From Elusimicrobiota bacterium (GTDB lineage: Bacteria > Elusimicrobiota > Elusimicrobia > UBA1565): a stretch of DNA of 18,604 nt. The DNA lies in contig JBDREN010000050.1 in the NCBI GenBank assembly GCA_043819795.1, forward strand, positions 1 through 18,604, in the 5' to 3' direction. This document shows positions 17,701 through 18,604 of the stretch, one piece after another. Each line of letters starts with the position of its first letter. Within the stretch, counting starts at the first letter, position 1. A model generated the notes under the pieces. It saw only the letters and a list, made by a program, of their open reading frames with translations, was not told where the DNA came from and made no database searches. Made by a program: the position numbers and the translations under genes.

Positions 17701-18604
17701 AGCGCGATCTCCAGCCTGGGAGAATATTCCTCGCTGTAGTCGCGGGACCTGAACCGCGCGTACCCCGTCGAGCTAGCGCTCTCATTAGTCATCCTGAGCC
17801 GGAACTGCGGAGTCTTGCCCAGGCCGAACGCGTGCCGTACGGCCGCGCTCACGTCCAGGGACTTCCACTGGGCGCCGTTGGGCAGGCCCGCCGGCAGGGT
17901 TCCTATCCCGCTCATCAAGGGCTCATTCGCGTCGACGGGGGCGTACAGCTTGTCCTTCCAATCCACCAGGTCAACGATGATGGGGCCCGTGATGCTCTCA
18001 TCGGCCCCGGCATCGAAGAACAGCCTCATGACCGCGCTCTGGACCTGGACTCCCGCGGGAAGCTCGGAGACATCGAAGCCCGCGAAACCCCGGTAGCTAC
18101 CCCACGAATACCTCCCGACATGCACATGGGAGTCGTTGCTTCCTCCGCCGTATTGCTTGGGCTGCTCCGGATATCCGTACAGGTGGCCGTCGGCGCAAGA
18201 CGTGTTGTCCGTGCAGGGAGTGGCCGGCAGGTCCTGATACAATCCGGTCACCGCGCTTCCGGCGGGCTTCGACAGAAGCGTCCAATCGAAAGTCAGCGGT
18301 TCCCCGTCCACGTCCGAGGTGCCGGTCCCGTCCACGCTCGCGACGGCCCACTGCTGAACGTTCAGGTCCGGCCCGGCGTCCGCCACCGGAGCGCTGTTGG
18401 CCGGCCGCACCCAGTACAGGACTCTCTGGTGGCCCCATACCGCGGCGGCCATGTTCCCTAGGCGATCGAACCCGATCCCGTGGGGCTGGTCCATCCACAT
18501 ATGGCTGTTGCCGGTCCACCACGCGGGGGTCGTCGTGAAGTCCACCTGGCCCTCCACGGTGGAGGCCTCCATGCCCGTGCTGAACGGTGGCTTGAACTCG
18601 AGTA
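5727..18604 (-). CDS. Giant modular surface/adhesin-like protein, 5' partial (>4290 aa), with C-terminal FlgD-Ig/T9SS type-A-like sorting domain
   Basis: The frame stays open from the window end (LEFKPPFSTG precedes the ORF-track Met at 18572, so that Met is internal). Order N to C: end of an NHL propeller; PKD with inserted DNRLRE-like domain (~18400-17580); Big_9/cadherin-like (~17580-17320); NHL repeats (~17300-15640); Big_9 and cadherin-like (~15630-15050); FN3; NHL propeller (~14750-13720); FN3; PKD; NHL propeller (~13150-12100); PKD; ZU5-like; Ig; nine tandem Ig repeats; further Ig/PKD (FGWTFGDG); two OmpL47-like domains; beta-helix-like region (~6800-6140); CTD YVFPNP...VYNVAGQQV...WDG...SGVYLY...KFAVVR. 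Confidence 0.95.
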   Translation of the reverse strand, partial: LEFKPPFSTGMEASTVEGQVDFTTTPAWWTGNSHMWMDQPHGIGFDRLGNMAAAVWGHQRVLYWVRPANSAPVADAGPDLNVQQWAVASVDGTGTSDVDGEPLTFDWTLLSKPAGSAVTGLYQDLPATPCTDNTSCADGHLYGYPEQPKQYGGGSNDSHVHVGRYSWGSYRGFAGFDVSELPAGVQVQSAVMRLFFDAGADESITGPIIVDLVDWKDKLYAPVDANEPLMSGIGTLPAGLPNGAQWKSLDVSAAVRHAFGLGKTPQFRLRMTNESASSTGYARFRSRDYSEEYSPRLEIALSPPGNKAQFIPDVPGDYTIQLTVSDGRLDSSDTAVVSASPNARPTADDQSVSLRINIPRAITLTGADLEGADLTFIMVAQPSRGTLTGTIPNLTYTPDTDYTGQDSFTFKVNDGAAESAVATVSILVRPLEPAPEFLFHIPEHVSKLSYPHDVTVAPSGNYYIVDRDYKIVEIDSDGNTVRSFGEGNNDRRGIAVDSAGNIYVTDRGDERVRKFSPTGALLAWWGNSGTADGLFRDPIGIALDSEDNVYVADVANHRIQKFVLANPCPAGTTAVRTGVCFVAKWGGGSSGYRAGSADGEFSSPSDVVIDASGNAYVADGGNNRIQRLDSDGNFIAKWTATAGRVDVDAMGMVYALDSGNNRVRKYDSVGHLLAEWGELGAGEGQFDYPAAMAVNDSGFVAVLDSGWPKTSLSKFTSEGAFLWEALGSGGAIGSIRTLAADAAGNVYVNKYSGNSSIGYRIAKFNAEGDFLKEWDSGGVNCIGVSPSGKVYVTGDAQNIKRYDSEGNDLGVIAGIAGSAPGQFNGLVGVAPDAADQYIYVADAGNRRVQKLTVDGTYVTHWGSAGSGDGQFNGMEDIGVDAAGNVYTLESHQGGGGNRVQKFDSDGNFITKWGSFSGSFSYPIGIGVDPSGNVYVSEINGRRVQKFSSSGEFLTTWNRDFGNLYDVAADGNGRVYVADNGNQRIDVFGPFASPTADNQSVTTPERTPVSITLTGTSGGSGGMGFEIVAEPANGALAGTAPSLTYTPDAGFFGFDHVLFRTVEGGLSSPVAYAAVRVEPVNDPPSFDEIADQAVAKCDSDCPEETITVAGISAGPNEFEPVSMSAVSSDSGIVPDPAITGTDGFRTLTYQPAAGRSGTVTITVTADDGQPEDNIFSRTFAITVYEQAPGTPTGFQITGLSATSLDVRWDTSPGAETYTIEASPSAGFSSGVISYVTAVNHLAAAGLTPSTLYHVRVKASNDQGSSGFSSAASAHTPPVVPARLYSFEIGQDAQAVLGQADANSNVEFGPSQTSLRYPAGVALDASGNLWVSEIDHHRVLMFEPPLDGLRPASLVLGQGDFTSGSWPTTAQDTLKQPHGLAVDASGNLWVADYRNHRVVRFSPPFTTGMTADLVLGQANFTDPGSGAGRNRMRYPTGVSFDATGNLFVADTENHRVLMFSPPFQNGMDATAILGQTGSPGTAANTLNLPQDVEADGLGNVWVADTENFRVLRFTPPFQDGMSADLVLGNPDFVTRDYGTSQTSMRYPNGLAVDPAGNVYVSNMYYHLIAIFAPPFSNGMPSTSVLGQETFTGSGSGLGPDRLYYPRGLAFHKGSLWAADNGNKRVISFAGAPGSFSGFDTNALAVSWSPAGNPAGAQYSAQLSADPGFGGTPMESGLVASTGHRFTGLQQETVYYARVKARNQPGAETAYVELGGARTLTPNTAPVADAGADQTVDQGELAVVDAAGSGDADGDVLAYFWEFVSKPAGSDPVIHHRAGETAAAFLADAIGSYTVRVTVSDDRVGGTVQDTVDVTVVAPPALTDGVFQNGADAEVVLLQPDFDTYGNITSRPEKVLFDGSGDLWLTDSGMNRVVRFEQPFSIGDEPTLVLGQENFEDSHYGYGEPDEFWGPNGTWFDSTGRLWVIDQGNHRLLRFTPPFSNGMDAELVIGQPDFKARTAGAGAGQVNAPWDLTLDADGRLWLADTYNNRVLRFSPPFENGMSADLVIGQTDFGLNGDGIAADKLHGPSAVAVGPSGNLWVAEWRNNRVLRFSPPFASGMSADMVIGQTDFTSNTGAATASKLGDPRDLAFSQDGSLWTIASGNARILEFKPPFSTGMEASTVEGQVDFTTTPAWWTGNSHMWMDQPHGIAFDRLGNMAAAVWGHQRVLYWVRPANSAPVADAGPSQTVNVGDLVTLSGTASDEDPEDTLSYGWTVTDSAGDPVSVDDPETLTPSFTPAKADTYTAELTAGDEQEEGSDTTLIHAMGTFESAGQVNGNPELSLAAALEVTLSTVDTSTEGAYLLAAGYDQDLFPVGNIYDVGPEGPLDPPGTLTICYDPQVLADNGIAAGDVSLNHYVEPGWEALSATLNEENGCLSAELTEIASIFGLFAADGTSPELAASVEGGELQNIKSPRFTLTYGDTGSGADPATLAAGLDGGPRDYFVLAESEGSMTLLFGSGEDGLRIEGEPTPETTYEMADGEHSAAFEMADRTGNKGAASAGFRVDTTPPVITASSSAATGQDGWSNADVEVSFECSDEGSGLAEGACPEAATVEGEGADLSASGEVTDLAGNSASATLGAIKIDRTAPAITASRSAATGQDGWSNADVEVSFECSDEDSGLAEGACPEAATVEGEGADLSASGEVTDLAGNSASATLGAIKIDRTAPTITASRSAATGQEGWSNADVAVSFECSDDGSGLAEDACPAAAAVEGEGADLRASGEVTDLAGNSASATLGGIKIDRTMPTFEYAAQVPVANGAGWNNADVSFAFTADDGLSGVASTSIESPLVLSDEGGAVIGEVTVTDAAGNSAAFAPPAVKIDKTAPTLEYAAQVPVANGAGWNNTDVSFSFTADDALSGVASTSIESPLVLSDEGAAVTGDVTVTDAAGNSATFASPAVKIDKTDPGLSFAAQGPAANGAGWNSTDVAFAFTADDALSGVASTSVESPLVLSEEGAAVAGGVTVADAAGNSATFTSTAVKIDKTAPTLEYAAQVPVANGAGWNNTDVSFSFAAGDALSGVASTSIESPLVLSEEGAAVAGDVTVTDAAGNSATFASPAVKIDKTDPGLSFAAQSPAANGAGWNNTDVAFAFTADDALSGVASTSVESPLVLSEEGAAVTGDVTVADAAGNSATFTSIAVKIDKTAPTLEYAAQVPVANGAGWNNADVSFAFTADDSLSGLASTSIVSPLMLSDEGEAVSGEVTATDAAGNSAVFTSPAVNIDKSDPQVAISKPSGGQYVATRDPIVIDFSVADLDPDPAITGTLTLLHAGSGASGKNGGPIAVNDGDVIPDPLALTAGTWQLSVAATDRADNSNSAIGVSFEVIHDIRPPRTSVAVAEPRYPDASEPEPALIYVTGATTLTASSIDDLVDVGDEDGLGVGLQAVKVGGSQRFSWENPSPAIGESFENGFTLDDADGAQLSLVAEAEDTLGNPETGEAMSLRIDNKAPIVSHEFSAAPVVRPPKNEEWFAADFQIVWSAEDGTGSGVASLDGPTDAILEGAVELYTGRAADNVGNEGSLTVAVNLDKTAPVVDAGSDVTVAEGAELGFSASVSDNLDERVVFGWTFGDGGTAGQDLTPSHAYADNGVYEAIVSATDHAGHGASDPLTVTVLNEPPVVTAGGEQVAGANGLLRIGGMIAVRRMDAWGDGGLISLPIGPDAPIVVPAITSSDLGALDTHTATIDWGEPPPAEPEDVPVDAGTISAEHHYAASGVYTLLATVTDNDGGSGSDGFQVKADVEAPETVLSHSGDVSTDGGGPAEAAVFLGQDAMNALSATDAVVEDISGVQWTFRRDLTIDGTNSTFTLHTAAFSLAEEGPHRLEYFSVDMRGNEEGRKSITIGVDHTASSCALDVGNPVKYEFDQAYISPNTELTLTAFDIESAGVASGVKDIRYRIDDGAEVLYQAPFTLQEGVRTVTYWSVDKVNNVEVEESMLFNVGKIMDRSATAGAGKKKSIVLLGTVDLTGDLASNGPMTLKGSVVVDGNVIAPTITLNKNSTITGSQTEEEDPLNPAPFDLVAVKAYVEQHNLAEDPENPIAAFLNSKGDLVMNGQASLSLPAGDYLLAGIKLSGGAELTIEGKVGILVEGPIDINASSVNAGAETPDSLTIFNNQETDIDLKGHARLAALVYAPDATTNFSGSAQYGGRPFTGHLTMSGSGIALSDTAPEAYAAEPSEETGKGGKAASAGPAAEGADPTFALRDVYVFPNPAVDGARPVIHAAVGIADKVTLRVYNVAGQQVHQATLEGAPPVIDDGSGPKYAYEYVWDGRIPSGVYLYTIVAEKSGEASIRKAGKFAVVR
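8941..10380 (-). repeat. Intragenic tandem array, 6 x 240 bp (80-aa Ig-like units, NGAGWNNxDV...DAAGNSA...VKIDK)
   Basis: IDK(T/S) boundaries at 8941, 9181, 9421, 9661, 9901 and 10141, with IDRT at 10381; exact 240-bp period and high nucleotide identity. Confidence 0.97.
10386..11100 (-). repeat. Intragenic tandem array, 3 x 237 bp (79-aa Ig-like units with two Cys, GWSNADV.VSFECSD..SGLAE.ACP)
   Basis: GTCGATCTTGAT recurs at 10386, 10623 and 10860; the translations are near-identical. Confidence 0.96.
12061..12295. repeat. Direct repeat copy 1 (235 bp), partner at 18370-18604
   Basis: Base-by-base comparison gives 234/235 identity at an offset of 6309 bp (2103 codons). The single mismatch is 12163 G vs 18472 C. 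Confidence 0.97.
18370..18604. repeat. Direct repeat copy 2, truncated by the window end
   Basis: Matches 12061-12295 up to the last base of the window. Confidence 0.97.

Noticed and set aside
7089..18461. Long plus-strand ORFs (7089-9047, 8944-11190, 12171-14516, 14598-15569, 16590-18461) and alternative-frame minus ORFs
   Set aside because: All lie within the giant CDS, have low-complexity translations with no recognisable motifs, and are expected shadows in high-GC DNA.
18570..18572. ATG as the start of the giant protein
   Set aside because: The frame is open to the window end, the Met is the internal GM of a propeller repeat identical to the copy near 12261, and there is no signal peptide or RBS.
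12061..18604. 235-bp repeat pair as a diversity-generating retroelement template/variable repeat
   Set aside because: There is only one mismatch and it is C/G rather than adenine-specific; both copies are coding and no reverse transcriptase is in the window.

Overview
High-GC bacterial window with three real genes, all on the minus strand. (1) The 3' ~12.9 kb of a giant modular surface protein (>4290 aa, open past the window end). It carries NHL beta-propellers, PKD/Ig/cadherin/FN3 domains, a 9-unit Ig repeat stalk and a C-terminal FlgD-Ig/T9SS type-A-like sorting domain of a style I associate with Elusimicrobiota (inference). (2) A 1351-aa secreted protein with an NHL propeller, a PKD domain, twelve exact-period 99-bp Cys/Asp-rich calcium-binding-type repeats and an unnamed Cys-rich C-terminal domain. 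(3) A TetR-family regulator. A fold-back MITE-like element abuts the TetR stop codon at the left edge. The most notable unexplained structure is non-coding: the two intergenic regions (877-1122 and 5402-5642) are colinear, diverged copies of one ~245-bp promoter-like cassette with TGTCA motifs. A 235-bp, 234/235-identical duplication within the giant gene ends exactly at a domain-junction motif, which suggests recent module shuffling. All domain calls are by motif recognition only; no searches were run. Both window ends fall inside repeats.
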